Shown piece after piece: positions 1 to 9,394 of a stretch of DNA of 64,000 bases; position 1 is the first letter of the stretch, and each line of letters opens with the position of its first letter. Under the pieces are notes generated by a model, which was given only the letters and a program-made list of their open reading frames with translations, was not told where the DNA came from and did not search any database. The translations under genes were made by a program, and so were the position numbers. Origin of the DNA: a virus (taxonomy: Duplodnaviria > Caudoviricetes); the IMG/VR virus record IMGVR_UViG_2866816733_000004, positions 1 to 64,000 of that record, one strand, 5' to 3'.

Positions 1-548
1 GGCATGACGGGCGCGAGGGCGATCCCGACGGCGGTGGCGCTGCCGGCGAGGGGCTGGGTGAGCGCGCCCAGGAGCGGTAGGGGGGACAGCGCGGTCCAGC
101 GGCGCCAGATGTCTCGGAGACGGCGGCGGGTGCCCGGATGCGAGCCGGGCCGGCACAGGTGGACGCGTTCACTGTCACGGATGTAGGTGATTGCGGCGAT
201 CTCACGGGGGAGCTCGGGATGGATGCCGGTGTGATATTCGGCGGCGAGGGCCGCGCGGAACTCTCGCCATGACTCGGCTTCGCGTTGGTAGTCCCAGCAG
301 CAGTCTCGCTTGGAGCGGGCGGCGAGGGTGTAGAAGACGCGGACGCCATCAAGGACGAGGCTGTGGCAGTCGCCGGGTTCGCCGTGTCGGATGGCGTTGC
401 GGTAATCGTGGGGGAGGTTGAGTGAGGTGGCGCCCGCTTTGAAGCGGGCTAGCGCGGTGCGGGGGCGTGGCTCGCCGGTGGCGGCTGGGAGAGCGGGGGT
501 GTCGGGGATGAGTCGGTGGGCGCCGGAGTCATCGACGTTGATGGACAT
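1..548 (-). CDS. Hypothetical protein, truncated by window start
   Basis: Manually read open frame on - strand from ATG at 548 (MSINVDDSGAHRLIPD...) with GAGGTG SD upstream; no stop before position 1. Confidence 0.7.
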   Translation of the reverse strand, partial: MSINVDDSGAHRLIPDTPALPAATGEPRPRTALARFKAGATSLNLPHDYRNAIRHGEPGDCHSLVLDGVRVFYTLAARSKRDCCWDYQREAESWREFRAALAAEYHTGIHPELPREIAAITYIRDSERVHLCRPGSHPGTRRRLRDIWRRWTALSPLPLLGALTQPLAGSATAVGIALAPVM

Positions 549-743
549 GTTTGGCACACCTCGCGCGCGTCTCGTGCGTGTTGCTGGATGCGGTTGTGTG
601 CCAAGGCCCCGTATTAGATGAGACGCGTGCGGGGTTGACTTCGTCGAGTCATTCACGTCACCGTTACGTGTTTGTTACTTAACATCCTGTCGTGGTGAGT
701 TGTGTGCACGACAAGAACGCCAACAGTGAGTCGTAAGGACCGG

Positions 744-1274
744 TCAGCTCACCTTGCCGCGTCCCTTGCGAAGCCTCCGGTTGACGATGCCGTCGACCTC
801 GCTCTTGAGCGCCAACAGGGCATCGATGTCATCCAGTTGATCGCGCACCAGGTAGTTCAAGAAGATCATCATGCGGCGCTCGTCTGTCGTAGTACCTGGG
901 GTGCGCCATACGTACTGCTCCCACAGCGGCCTGGAGCCGATGTCGGACGGCACATCGGGGTCATCGGGTGGTGCGGGAACGAGGGGGCCGAGGCGCGCTG
1001 AGGGAGCGATCTCCTTGGCAGTGGCGACGCCGGCGTGGACGAGCATGTCGCCGAGCGAGTAGCCGAACACCTCGCCTATCGCGCGTAGCGCCTTGATCTC
1101 GGGGACGCGGTCGTCGATCAGGATGCGGGAGATGACAGAGGGGCTGATGCCGGTCTGTTTGGCTAGGCGGGTGCGGCCGCCGGCGCGTGACCCATCGACT
1201 TCGTAGCCGCGTAGTTCCATCTCGCGGCGTAGCCACACACCGAACCTTTTGTCCTCTTCGGTGCCCACGGGCAA
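744..1274 (-). CDS. XRE-family HTH immunity repressor
   Basis: FGVWLRREM...RTRLAKQTGISPSVISRIL..RVPEIKALRAIGEVFG HTH; divergent from Cro-like gene. Confidence 0.88.
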   Translation of the reverse strand: MPVGTEEDKRFGVWLRREMELRGYEVDGSRAGGRTRLAKQTGISPSVISRILIDDRVPEIKALRAIGEVFGYSLGDMLVHAGVATAKEIAPSARLGPLVPAPPDDPDVPSDIGSRPLWEQYVWRTPGTTTDERRMMIFLNYLVRDQLDDIDALLALKSEVDGIVNRRLRKGRGKVS

Positions 1275-1306
1275 GAACTGTATCCCCTCGCGACAGCTAA
1301 GTCACG

Positions 1307-1470
1307 TGCTTGCCGCACAGCAACTAGCAGGTCAGGGGACGGACGCTCAGAAACTCCAAGATCACCGCGTTGACTCGAAAGAAGATTCGACAGCCACATC
1401 CACTGTAATCGCTTTGTCCAACCCCTTGCATGCCGAGCAGCAAGCAAGTTAGCGTGCTGCGTGTGCAGCA
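1307..1470. promoter_or_regulatory. Three putative operators TGCW-N8-AGCA and rightward promoter
   Basis: Sites at 1307-1322, 1427-1442, 1455-1470; TTGCAT(1426)-18nt-TAGCGT(1450). Confidence 0.65.
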
Positions 1471-1717
1471 AATAGAGCCGCGAGTGCAGCTCCGCCACAA
1501 CCAGTACGACAAGTACTGCGCGCTGGCCGAACTCACCACGCAGGCGCAACAGGGCGAGGCGTTCGGGCAGTCGGAGGCATACATCAGCCGTGTCCGACGT
1601 GGCCGCCGTGAGGTCAACGCCGCGTTCATCGCTGGAGTCCTGGCCGCTTTCCCCGACCTCCGCTTCGACGACATGTTCGAGGTCGTTGGCCTCCGCCCTC
1701 TCCGGAGGAGCGCATGA
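1463..1717 (+). CDS. Cro-like HTH regulator (probably leaderless, GTG start)
   Basis: TQAQQGEAFGQSEAYISRVRRG HTH; first gene of early operon; GTG 7 nt after -10. Confidence 0.75.
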   Translation: MQQIEPRVQLRHNQYDKYCALAELTTQAQQGEAFGQSEAYISRVRRGRREVNAAFIAGVLAAFPDLRFDDMFEVVGLRPLRRSA

Positions 1718-1929
1718 GCGCCATGGGTGACTCGACTGCCCCGATGGAGTCGCGGCCCTGGTACCGGCCCGGTATGTCGGCGCGGGACATCGCATGCTGG
1801 GAAGCCGCCGAGCGGTGCGCCGCCGCAGCCCCTGAGATCCGCCGCGGCGATGATGTGTGGCTGGCTTTGCGTCCGCTCGTGGGCGGCATGTGCGCCCACC
1901 CCGACGAGCAGGAGCACCGCGCCGCATAG
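1714..1929 (+). CDS. Hypothetical phage protein
   Basis: ATGA overlap with upstream gene, GGAGGAG SD. Confidence 0.65.
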   Translation: MSAMGDSTAPMESRPWYRPGMSARDIACWEAAERCAAAAPEIRRGDDVWLALRPLVGGMCAHPDEQEHRAA

Positions 1930-2017
1930 ACGACGAGCCCCGGCCGGCTGCGACCCGACCAGGGCTCCACACCAACCGACAACCCCACATCACGAGAAGG
2001 AAGGAAGTCGGCCAGCA

Positions 2018-2200
2018 ATGCCCGAGCCTACCGGCAGTCACTGCCCCTTCTGCTCCACTCCCACGGAACTGCGTGAGGACACCCCGGGTGTCCCTGCCCG
2101 CTGGTACGAGACCGCCACGGACCGGCCGCACACGTGCCCGCCTGGCACGGGCCAGCGACCCGCCGAGATGGCCGTGGAGCCTGCGGGCGGTGCGACATGA
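2018..2200 (+). CDS. Small Cys-containing hypothetical protein
   Basis: MPEPTGSHCPFC...HTC; purine-rich SD; ATGA overlap downstream. Confidence 0.6.
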   Translation: MPEPTGSHCPFCSTPTELREDTPGVPARWYETATDRPHTCPPGTGQRPAEMAVEPAGGAT

Positions 2201-2544
2201 ACGTGTCCCGCGACGAGTACATCACCGGGCTGCGCGCTATCGCGGACCTGCTGGAGAAGATCCCCGAGCTTCCGCACTACGAGTACGGGCACCCCTCGTT
2301 CGCGGTCACCGGGAACGAGGAGGAGGCGTTTGCCGCGATCGGCGCCGCTGCTGACGCTCTGGCCAAGGCCGGGATCCCCTACGAGCGCTACGAGGGTCCA
2401 GGTGCCGTGGGCGTCGAGATCGCTGTCGCCGGGATGCGGTACGCGTTCTCGCGCATCGACGAGCGTCGTAGCGCCGAGGACGAGGCGCGCCGCTCGTACT
2501 GCCACAACGTCCAGGTCGAGGGCGAGGAGGCCGGTGATGCCTGA
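2197..2544 (+). CDS. Hypothetical phage protein
   Basis: MNVSRDEYITGLRAIADLLE, typical actinophage start; coupled. Confidence 0.75.
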   Translation: MNVSRDEYITGLRAIADLLEKIPELPHYEYGHPSFAVTGNEEEAFAAIGAAADALAKAGIPYERYEGPGAVGVEIAVAGMRYAFSRIDERRSAEDEARRSYCHNVQVEGEEAGDA

Positions 2545-2944
2545 GCCGACGCCCGCCGCCGAGCGGCATACCGCTGCCACGAAACTGCGCAAACTGCTGC
2601 CAGGTGACCTGAGCGCGCCGCCGCGTCTGGTGATGACCGACGCCGAGACCATTTCTGGTATCGCGTTCTGCGGCGACCACCTCCTGCCGTTCGACGAGGA
2701 GCACCAGCACTCGGCCTGCGACAAATGCGAGGTCATCGACTGCAAGTATGCGGCGCTCGCCGAACTGGTCCTGGCGCTGCTGCTGGGACGTGAGGCGCAG
2801 GCGGTGTCGCTGGAGACGGTGGCCGCTTCTTGGCCGGTCCACGAGGCACGAACGTCCACGGCGGCGGCAGGTAGCGCCCGCCGTCACGCGCTCCGCATCG
2901 CCCGCGCGGTCAACCACTCCGTGGCTGAGGCGGTGGCGCCGTGA
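2537..2944 (+). CDS. Hypothetical phage protein
   Basis: SD GAGGAGG, overlap coupling, high GC3. Confidence 0.7.
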   Translation: MPEPTPAAERHTAATKLRKLLPGDLSAPPRLVMTDAETISGIAFCGDHLLPFDEEHQHSACDKCEVIDCKYAALAELVLALLLGREAQAVSLETVAASWPVHEARTSTAAAGSARRHALRIARAVNHSVAEAVAP

Positions 2945-3037
2945 CGATCCGGTACGAGTCCCGCCGTCACGCCGCTGCTGACCGGGTGATGGCCGTGTAC
3001 GAGTGGTTGTTGGCCACCACCCGGAAGGCGGTGGCCC

Positions 3038-3436
3038 GTGGCTGACCCGATGACTGATCCTGCGGTGGTCGCGCGTGTCGCCGAGTTGCAGGCCGCGTTG
3101 GACAGGATGCAGGCCGCTGCGCTGGCTGCTCAGAACGAGCGGGACACTGCCCGCGCCGAGGCGGCCGCCACGGTGAAGCTGTGGACCGAGCACGTCGAGA
3201 AGGTGCACGCCAACCACCACGAAACTCAGATCCTGTTGAGCGCGGCTGAGAAGGGGCTCGCTCGGCAGACCGTGATCGCCCGGGCCGAGTACGAGCGGCG
3301 GTGTGCCGCCGAACGGCTAGCCGCTGGCCGCCAGACCGCAATCGAGCGGTTGACCGAACAGCGGGACGCAGCCAGGCGTCAGGTGCTGGAGCTTAACGCG
3401 CGCCTCCTCGACGAGACGGAGGCGGCCGATGCGTGA
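3038..3436 (+). CDS. Coiled-coil hypothetical protein
   Basis: Heptad-rich sequence, phage codon usage. Confidence 0.7.
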   Translation: MADPMTDPAVVARVAELQAALDRMQAAALAAQNERDTARAEAAATVKLWTEHVEKVHANHHETQILLSAAEKGLARQTVIARAEYERRCAAERLAAGRQTAIERLTEQRDAARRQVLELNARLLDETEAADA

Positions 3437-3535
3437 ATCGCTTCGCGTGAAGAAGCCAGTTGCCGGGCTGACCGCGCCCGCCCGGCTGCGCCACCACCGC
3501 GCCCCGGGCCGCCACACCGGACAGGAGGTGTCGGC

Positions 3536-4336
3536 ATGACGCCGATGACCGACAAGATGCTCGCCGAGATCCGCGAGCGCGGCTACGGCCGAGGAGACGT
3601 GCAGGTCCTGCTGGACGAGGTGGACCGGCTCCGCACGGCGTCCGCCCGCTATATCGGGCGGATCGAGGAGTTGGCCGCCGAGAGCCGGTCTGCGCGCGGA
3701 GCGGTGGAGGTGCTCACCGGCCAGCGCGACGACTTCAAGGACCAGCGCGACCGGCTCCGCGCCGAGTTGGCCGAGGTCGCCACCTGGAAGACGCGCGGCG
3801 GAATGCGCGAATTGACCGTCCTGCGCCGGGACATGGGCGCCGTGCAGGCCGAGCGGGACGCAGCGCACGACGACGCCGGAATCGCACGGGACGAGAGCGA
3901 GCGGCTCCGCGACCAGCTGGCCGAGGCGCAGCGCGTCGCGGCGACCCTGCGCGCCAGCCGCACCGAGGTCCGGACCAAGCTTAACGAGGCGCTCAAAGCG
4001 GCCGACGACGACCGGAACCGGCTCGCCGAGCACGAGCACCTGGTCCGGATGCTGCACCCGAAGATCGCACAGCCGCGACACGGCTGCTGTATACCGCCCT
4101 CGACCTGTGGCGGTCATCGTCCAGAGTGCGGCGGGGACCACGGCGGCCAGTGGGTGGCCTGGCCATGCTCCACGATTCGGGCTCTCGACGATCCGGTGAT
4201 CGCCCGGAACAGGATCCGCCATCTCCACAAGGAGTTCCGCGGCCAGGACGCGGTGGAGTCCACGTGTCTGGCTGATCGTGAGCCCTGGCCCTGCCCTACC
4301 ATCTGCGCCCTCGACGGGACGGAGGCGGGCCAGTGA
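3536..4336 (+). CDS. Coiled-coil protein with two C-terminal H..C..WPC.TI.ALD motifs
   Basis: SD AGGAGG; WPCSTIRALD and WPCPTICALD. Confidence 0.75.
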   Translation: MTPMTDKMLAEIRERGYGRGDVQVLLDEVDRLRTASARYIGRIEELAAESRSARGAVEVLTGQRDDFKDQRDRLRAELAEVATWKTRGGMRELTVLRRDMGAVQAERDAAHDDAGIARDESERLRDQLAEAQRVAATLRASRTEVRTKLNEALKAADDDRNRLAEHEHLVRMLHPKIAQPRHGCCIPPSTCGGHRPECGGDHGGQWVAWPCSTIRALDDPVIARNRIRHLHKEFRGQDAVESTCLADREPWPCPTICALDGTEAGQ

Positions 4337-4611
4337 GCGCCGCCGACGCTCTCACTGCGGGCGTGCACATCAACGAGACCCACCTGGCTTTCTACGCCCC
4401 CGACACCGCCACCTACTGGCACACCCACCGGATCCGCTGCGAGGCCAGCGGACTGCTAACCGTCCTGTCCGCCGACGCCTTCGGCGACACCGTCCTCCTC
4501 GGCCCGATGTCAACGGCCGACGCCGACGCCATGCGCGCTCACCTCCACGAGAAGGGCGCGCCCCGGACGGCCGTCACGGTGTGCGACTACGCCAAGGGGG
4601 CGGGCCGGTGA
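4333..4611 (+). CDS. Hypothetical phage protein
   Basis: GTGA coupling, GGAGG SD. Confidence 0.65.
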   Translation: MSAADALTAGVHINETHLAFYAPDTATYWHTHRIRCEASGLLTVLSADAFGDTVLLGPMSTADADAMRAHLHEKGAPRTAVTVCDYAKGAGR

Positions 4612-4868
4612 GCGCCGTGATCACCTGGGGACCGCCCATCGCCCTCGCCATCCTCGGCGTCTGGGCGCTGAAGAAGACCATCGCCGCCGGACCCCGCGTC
4701 GACCGCCTCGCAGACCCGCGTCCCCTGCCAGGCGAGCGCGTCACCCCGCCCGGCTTCACCGCCCCGCCCGCCGACGACCAGGACGGCGAGCACGACATCG
4801 AACCGCGCTGGGACGAGCGCAAGCCCGGCGTCCATGTCCGCCCCTGGAGCCCCGGGGAGGCGCCGTGA
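4608..4868 (+). CDS. Small membrane-anchored hypothetical protein
   Basis: N-terminal hydrophobic stretch PPIALAILGVWAL; GTGA coupling. Confidence 0.6.
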   Translation: MSAVITWGPPIALAILGVWALKKTIAAGPRVDRLADPRPLPGERVTPPGFTAPPADDQDGEHDIEPRWDERKPGVHVRPWSPGEAP

Positions 4869-5356
4869 CCGACGACGCCCTGTGCGCCTGCGGCTGCGGA
4901 CGCCCCAAGGACCCCGAGCGCCGCGGCTGGTCACGCGCCTGCTACTTCCGCTGGTACCGCGCTGGGGCGTGCGAAGGGGAACCCCCGCCGCCCCCGCGTC
5001 GCGGCCCCGAATGGTCAGCCGCCCTGCGTGAGGACCTCCTCTGGCTCGTCCAGGGCGGTGAGTCCGTCGAGCAGGCCGCGGACCGCATCGGCGTGACGGT
5101 CGAGACCGCGGAACGGTATGTGAACCCGCCCCCGCCTAGACCCGGATGTGCCGTGCGGGATTGCAAGGAGGCGCCGACCTACCGCCGGTGGTGCGACACC
5201 CATCGGGACACGCGAGCCGTGTACGAGCAGGCACGCGCGGCAGAGATGTCTCGGCAGGCGGCGGCCTTCTACGTTGGCGTCCACTGGCGCGTGACCTACC
5301 GGTGGGAACCCGGCCAGCCCGGCATCGGCCGGCCCCGGACGCGGAGGGCCGCATGA
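4865..5356 (+). CDS. Zn-binding/HTH-like hypothetical protein
   Basis: CACGCG motif, ESVEQAADRIGVTVETAERY and SRQAAAFYVGVHWRVTYRW HTH-like segments. Confidence 0.65.
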   Translation: MTDDALCACGCGRPKDPERRGWSRACYFRWYRAGACEGEPPPPPRRGPEWSAALREDLLWLVQGGESVEQAADRIGVTVETAERYVNPPPPRPGCAVRDCKEAPTYRRWCDTHRDTRAVYEQARAAEMSRQAAAFYVGVHWRVTYRWEPGQPGIGRPRTRRAA

Positions 5357-5504
5357 CCGCCATCCCCGACCGCCCCGCCGGGACGCGCCCGCCCGCGCGC
5401 CCGGCGGGGCCCCCGCCCGCTACCGCGCAGGACTCCGAGACCCCTGACACCTCTTCACCTGGCCGTGTTCCCCCGGCCACCGAGGGACCCGACGGAGGAT
5501 CCCG

Positions 5505-6284
5505 ATGACCGCGTTCACCCGTCAGCAAGTCGAGCAGCTACTTCGGCCGGTCAACAAGAATCGGGTCCTCCGCGACGGGAAGGGTCACTCCCACGTCTCC
5601 CAGCAGGACGTCACCGCGCATCTGATCCGGATGTTCGGGTTCGGTTCCTTCAACACCGACGTCGTCTCCGTCGAGTGCGTGTACGAGCACGAACGCGTCG
5701 ACAACAAGGGCGTCGCAACTGGGCGGTGGGACTGCTGCTACCGGGCGCTGCTCCGCCTGACGATCAAGGACCAGGCCGGCAAGGAGATCTGCCACTACGA
5801 GGACGGATCCACCGCGACCGCGCAGAACCAGACCCGCGGCGACGCCCACGACCTGGCGTACAAGTCGGCTCTGTCGCTGGCGAAGAAGCGCGCCGCGATC
5901 AACCTCGGTGACCAGTTCGGGCTATCGCTTTACAACAAGGGCCAGCTCGCCGCCCTCGTCCGAGGCACGCTCATCCTGCCGGAGGGGGAGCCGTCCGAGG
6001 GCGACGTTCAGGACGGCGTCCCGCAGCAGGTTTCGCTCGGCAACGACGAGGTCGACCGTGACCTCAACGGCGATGCTCCAACTGCGTCCGCCGAGACGGA
6101 CCCCGGCTGGCTCGCGGCCATCGAGAGCCGCATCACCAGAGCGACCGACCTCGGCGACCTGGAAACGCTTGCTAACGAAGTCGAGAACAAGCGGGCCGCT
6201 GGGCAGTGCGACCAAGCCCAGTACGACCGCCTGTACGCGATCGGGAACCGGCGGCACGCCGAACTGGCGGGGGCGGCTGCCTGA
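5505..6284 (+). CDS. Rad52/Rad22-family (Sak) single-strand annealing recombinase
   Basis: SHVSQQDVTAHLIRMFGFG, AHDLAYKSALSLAKKRAAINLGDQFGLSLY. Confidence 0.88.
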   Translation: MTAFTRQQVEQLLRPVNKNRVLRDGKGHSHVSQQDVTAHLIRMFGFGSFNTDVVSVECVYEHERVDNKGVATGRWDCCYRALLRLTIKDQAGKEICHYEDGSTATAQNQTRGDAHDLAYKSALSLAKKRAAINLGDQFGLSLYNKGQLAALVRGTLILPEGEPSEGDVQDGVPQQVSLGNDEVDRDLNGDAPTASAETDPGWLAAIESRITRATDLGDLETLANEVENKRAAGQCDQAQYDRLYAIGNRRHAELAGAAA

Positions 6285-6631
6285 TGCTTCCTGCCGTCAT
6301 CGCTCAGCAACTCGGCCAACTCGGTGTCGATCTCGACCAAGCCGTTCGCCGGCTCGGTGAGCTCGAACAGACCGCCATCGAGGCCGAGGCCGCCTACAAG
6401 GTCAAGTTCTCGCAGGTCTTTCGTGGCGCGTCGGGCTCGGTGGAGGACCGCAAGCAGCAGGCCGTCGCCGAGTGCGACGCCGAGTGGCGGAATTGGTCGC
6501 TGGCCGCATCGGCGGTGCATGTCCAGAAGGAACACATGAAGGCGTTGCACGCCCGCATCGACGTGGGCCGTTCGTTGGCTTCCACGGCCCGCGCGGAGGC
6601 AAGCCTCGCCGGATCGGGGATCACACCATGA
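6284..6631 (+). CDS. Helical hypothetical protein
   Basis: TGATG coupling; GSVEDRKQQA motif seen in actinophage recombination regions. Confidence 0.7.
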   Translation: MLPAVIAQQLGQLGVDLDQAVRRLGELEQTAIEAEAAYKVKFSQVFRGASGSVEDRKQQAVAECDAEWRNWSLAASAVHVQKEHMKALHARIDVGRSLASTARAEASLAGSGITP

Positions 6632-7134
6632 CCGACATCTCGGCCCGCGAAGCGCGCCTCGCGTACGCGCTGCTGAAGCTCCAGCAGCGTCGCCTGTCCG
6701 CCGCGCTGAAGACGTTCGAGCCGTTCATCGACCAGGAACCAGGCGACAAGAACACCGCACGGCTCGGCGAAGCCAAGCTCGGCAAGGTCGCCAGGACCGA
6801 ACCGGTGGAGAAGCCGATGGTGTCGGATCGGGACGCGTTCACCAAGCATGTCGCGGCCGGTTGGTCGACCGAGGTGGAGCAGGTCGAGACCGTCCGCCCG
6901 GCGTTCGAGCGGAAGCTCCTCGCCGAGATAGAAGCCCGCGGCTGCGCCGTTGATGACAATGGCGAGGTCGTCCCCGGGGTCCGTTTCGACGCGGCGACTC
7001 CGCAGCAGCGGTTCTACCCCGAGGACGGCGCCGAAGACCTCCTCGCCGTGATCGACCTCGACGACCTCCCTGAGGTCGAGGGCTTGGACTGGCGTGAGCT
7101 GCTGCCGATCCGCGCCGATGGCGGTGGGTCGTGA
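6628..7134 (+). CDS. Hypothetical phage protein (Gam/Gp157-like position)
   Basis: VRPAFERKLL...GEVVPGV motif; ATGA coupling. Confidence 0.65.
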   Translation: MTDISAREARLAYALLKLQQRRLSAALKTFEPFIDQEPGDKNTARLGEAKLGKVARTEPVEKPMVSDRDAFTKHVAAGWSTEVEQVETVRPAFERKLLAEIEARGCAVDDNGEVVPGVRFDAATPQQRFYPEDGAEDLLAVIDLDDLPEVEGLDWRELLPIRADGGGS

Positions 7135-7520
7135 AGCGGGGCGGGCGCCTGGAGCGCCGTACCCAGCTCACGTCCACGATGAGGCTCGAGCGGCGTGCGC
7201 CCCTCACCTCAACGATCAGGCTGGCCCGTGTCACGCCGTTGCAGCCGGTCAGCGTGAAGCGCCGCGCAGAGAATCGTGAGCGCCACAAGGTCGTGCACGC
7301 CACGTTCGGCGACGCCCCGCTGTGTAGGGCACCTGGCTGCGGACGGCTCGCCGACGACATCCACGAACCGCTTACTCGCGGCCGTGGGGGATCGGTCACC
7401 GATCCGTCGAACATGGTGCCGCTGTGCCGCACATGCCATGGCCTCGTCCAGCTCGGCCCGCCTTGGGCCTACGAGTTCGGCTTGATGGCTCATTCGTGGG
7501 ATGGCGGCGATGCCGCGTGA
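7131..7520 (+). CDS. HNH endonuclease-like protein
   Basis: CRAPGC..DIHEPLTRGRGGSVTDPSNMVPLCRTCH. Confidence 0.8.
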   Translation: MKRGGRLERRTQLTSTMRLERRAPLTSTIRLARVTPLQPVSVKRRAENRERHKVVHATFGDAPLCRAPGCGRLADDIHEPLTRGRGGSVTDPSNMVPLCRTCHGLVQLGPPWAYEFGLMAHSWDGGDAA

Positions 7521-7867
7521 ACGCCTGCTCCCCAGCCCCTGCCGCAGTCCCTGCCGCGCCTCCCGCCGAAGCAAAGGAAGAGGAGACACCAGTGCTGAAC
7601 GGACTCGCGACCACGGACCTGCCGCTGCTGGTCGACGCACCGGCACGGACGCTGCAGCCGGGCGAGAAGATCTGTCGCCACCCCGACGACGGCTCGGAGG
7701 TGGACTGGCGTGTCGTCGGCCACCACCCCGGCGAGGACGGTGCGGTCGTTGTGGAGTATCACCTCCCGGATGACGCGCCCGGCGCGGACCCGCGCACGTG
7801 GACCGTCACCGACCCCGACGACGAGGACCACTGGTTGACGGTCGAGGTCGGGCAGGTGACCCGATGA
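7517..7867 (+). CDS. Hypothetical protein (alternative start 7592)
   Basis: Coupled ORF, high GC3. Confidence 0.6.
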   Translation: MNACSPAPAAVPAAPPAEAKEEETPVLNGLATTDLPLLVDAPARTLQPGEKICRHPDDGSEVDWRVVGHHPGEDGAVVVEYHLPDDAPGADPRTWTVTDPDDEDHWLTVEVGQVTR

Positions 7868-8535
7868 GCGGTCGGCACGCAGTCCAGCCCAGTCGGGGCC
7901 CGTCGCTTCCGGTGAGGTCGGTCCGGTTCGTCTACGGATGCGTCGCCGCAACTGGCGGCTGGTACACCTCCACGGTCGCCGGGCTCGTCGGCGGGCTGTT
8001 CGACCGGTTCTCCCGGACCGATGTGGCCGAGTATTGCGCGGAGGTCGAGGAGACCCCAGCCGAGCCGATCCGGGTGCCGCATCCGGTGCTGCTCGCCGCG
8101 GCCGGGCACCGGGTTTCCGCCGAGTCGGCCCCTGCGCCGGCGCCGCTCTCCCCGCACGCTGCCCTGCGCCGCCTGCACGGCGAACAACCGGACCTGCCGG
8201 GCGGGCACCTCCGCTGGTCGTTCCCCGGCGACGGCATCCATGGCGAGGTGTACGCCCTGGACGGCAGCGAGGCCGAGCATTGCGCGATCGTCGGGCAGTA
8301 CGCCGCGGCGCTCGGCGCGCCCGTCGACACCCGCGACGACAACCCCGCGGGCCGCGTCCTCGTCGCGACCGCCGGAAACCTTCACGGCTTCTGGGTCCTG
8401 GTGACCACGACCCTGTACACCGCGGTCCCGGAGCTGATCCGCGCCGAGACCGAACGGGACCCGTCGCTGGCGGACGAGACCCAGACCACGGGCGCGATTC
8501 CTCCGGAGGTCCTCCGCGAGGTGATGTCGGCGTGA
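7864..8535 (+). CDS. Hypothetical phage protein
   Basis: ATGA coupling, high GC3. Confidence 0.65.
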   Translation: MSGRHAVQPSRGPSLPVRSVRFVYGCVAATGGWYTSTVAGLVGGLFDRFSRTDVAEYCAEVEETPAEPIRVPHPVLLAAAGHRVSAESAPAPAPLSPHAALRRLHGEQPDLPGGHLRWSFPGDGIHGEVYALDGSEAEHCAIVGQYAAALGAPVDTRDDNPAGRVLVATAGNLHGFWVLVTTTLYTAVPELIRAETERDPSLADETQTTGAIPPEVLREVMSA

Positions 8536-8864
8536 GCGTCCGCATCCCCGCCCGGGTGAACCGGCTCCTCGACTCCGTGTCCCGGCACCGGCTGCCCGCC
8601 GCTGGCGCGGTAGCCGCTACCGCTGGTATCGCGGCAGCAGCGTCGCAGTCGGCTCCGGCTGGCGCCGTGGTAGCCGCAGCGACGTCGGGGGCCGGGTTCC
8701 TCACCGTAATCGTGGTTGAACGGCGACGGCTCCGCGAGGCCCTCAAGCAGGTCCACTACGACAAGGGCGCACTTGAGGCTGAGCTCGCCGAGCGGCGTAT
8801 GGGTGACCCGTCCGCGCCGACCACTGAGCTCCGCACGATCGGTGAGGGCGGTGAGCCGGTGTGA
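8532..8864 (+). CDS. Membrane protein, two hydrophobic segments
   Basis: GTGA coupling; Ala-rich TM-like stretches then coiled coil. Confidence 0.6.
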   Translation: MSVRIPARVNRLLDSVSRHRLPAAGAVAATAGIAAAASQSAPAGAVVAAATSGAGFLTVIVVERRRLREALKQVHYDKGALEAELAERRMGDPSAPTTELRTIGEGGEPV

Positions 8865-9394
8865 GAGACCGAGACACCGACCGGACCGACATCATCCCTG
8901 GCCTGCGGACACACCAGACCCGGGAGCTGGACATGCCGCTACCGGAGCCTTCGCCGTCTGGCAGGCACCGCAGTGGCCGCCGCAGCTTCACGCGGGTGCA
9001 GTGGGTCGCGTTGATCAGCGCCCCGGTCGTCCCGATGGCCGCAGCTGCGGGCTGGATCCTGGGCGGCTCTACCGGCTCTCGTCCACCAACGGTCGCGCCG
9101 CCGTCGTCCACGGAGGCCACACGGCCCAGTGCCGTAGCGCCTGAACCATCACGGTCTGCACCAGCGCGGAGCATCGACCGGCCCCGTCCCCGCAGGACGA
9201 AACCCCCTGCGGCTGCGCCGCCCCCGCCGAAGGCACCGCGTCCGGCAACGCCGTCCCGGTCGACCGGACCCTCCGAAAACCCGTCACCTTCCCCGACCGG
9301 GACGACGCCGTCCCCGTCCCCGAGCCCTTCCGGCTCGCACCCGATCACCCCACCAGCGACCGTGAAACAGAGAGGCGACTGGGATGTCCGATGA
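8861..9394 (+). CDS. Single-pass membrane protein with Pro/Ser/Thr-rich tail
   Basis: VQWVALISAPVVPMAAAAGWILG then PSPSPTGTTPSPSPSPS. Confidence 0.65.
   Translation: MRDRDTDRTDIIPGLRTHQTRELDMPLPEPSPSGRHRSGRRSFTRVQWVALISAPVVPMAAAAGWILGGSTGSRPPTVAPPSSTEATRPSAVAPEPSRSAPARSIDRPRPRRTKPPAAAPPPPKAPRPATPSRSTGPSENPSPSPTGTTPSPSPSPSGSHPITPPATVKQRGDWDVR

Noticed and set aside
1935-1967. Hairpin with CTGCGAC loop in the early operon
   Set aside because: Single imperfect stem; possibly regulatory but unsupported without homologues
5353-5508. GC-rich inverted repeats and a 51-aa Pro-rich ORF before sak
   Set aside because: Low complexity at extreme GC; cannot separate from chance or confirm coding
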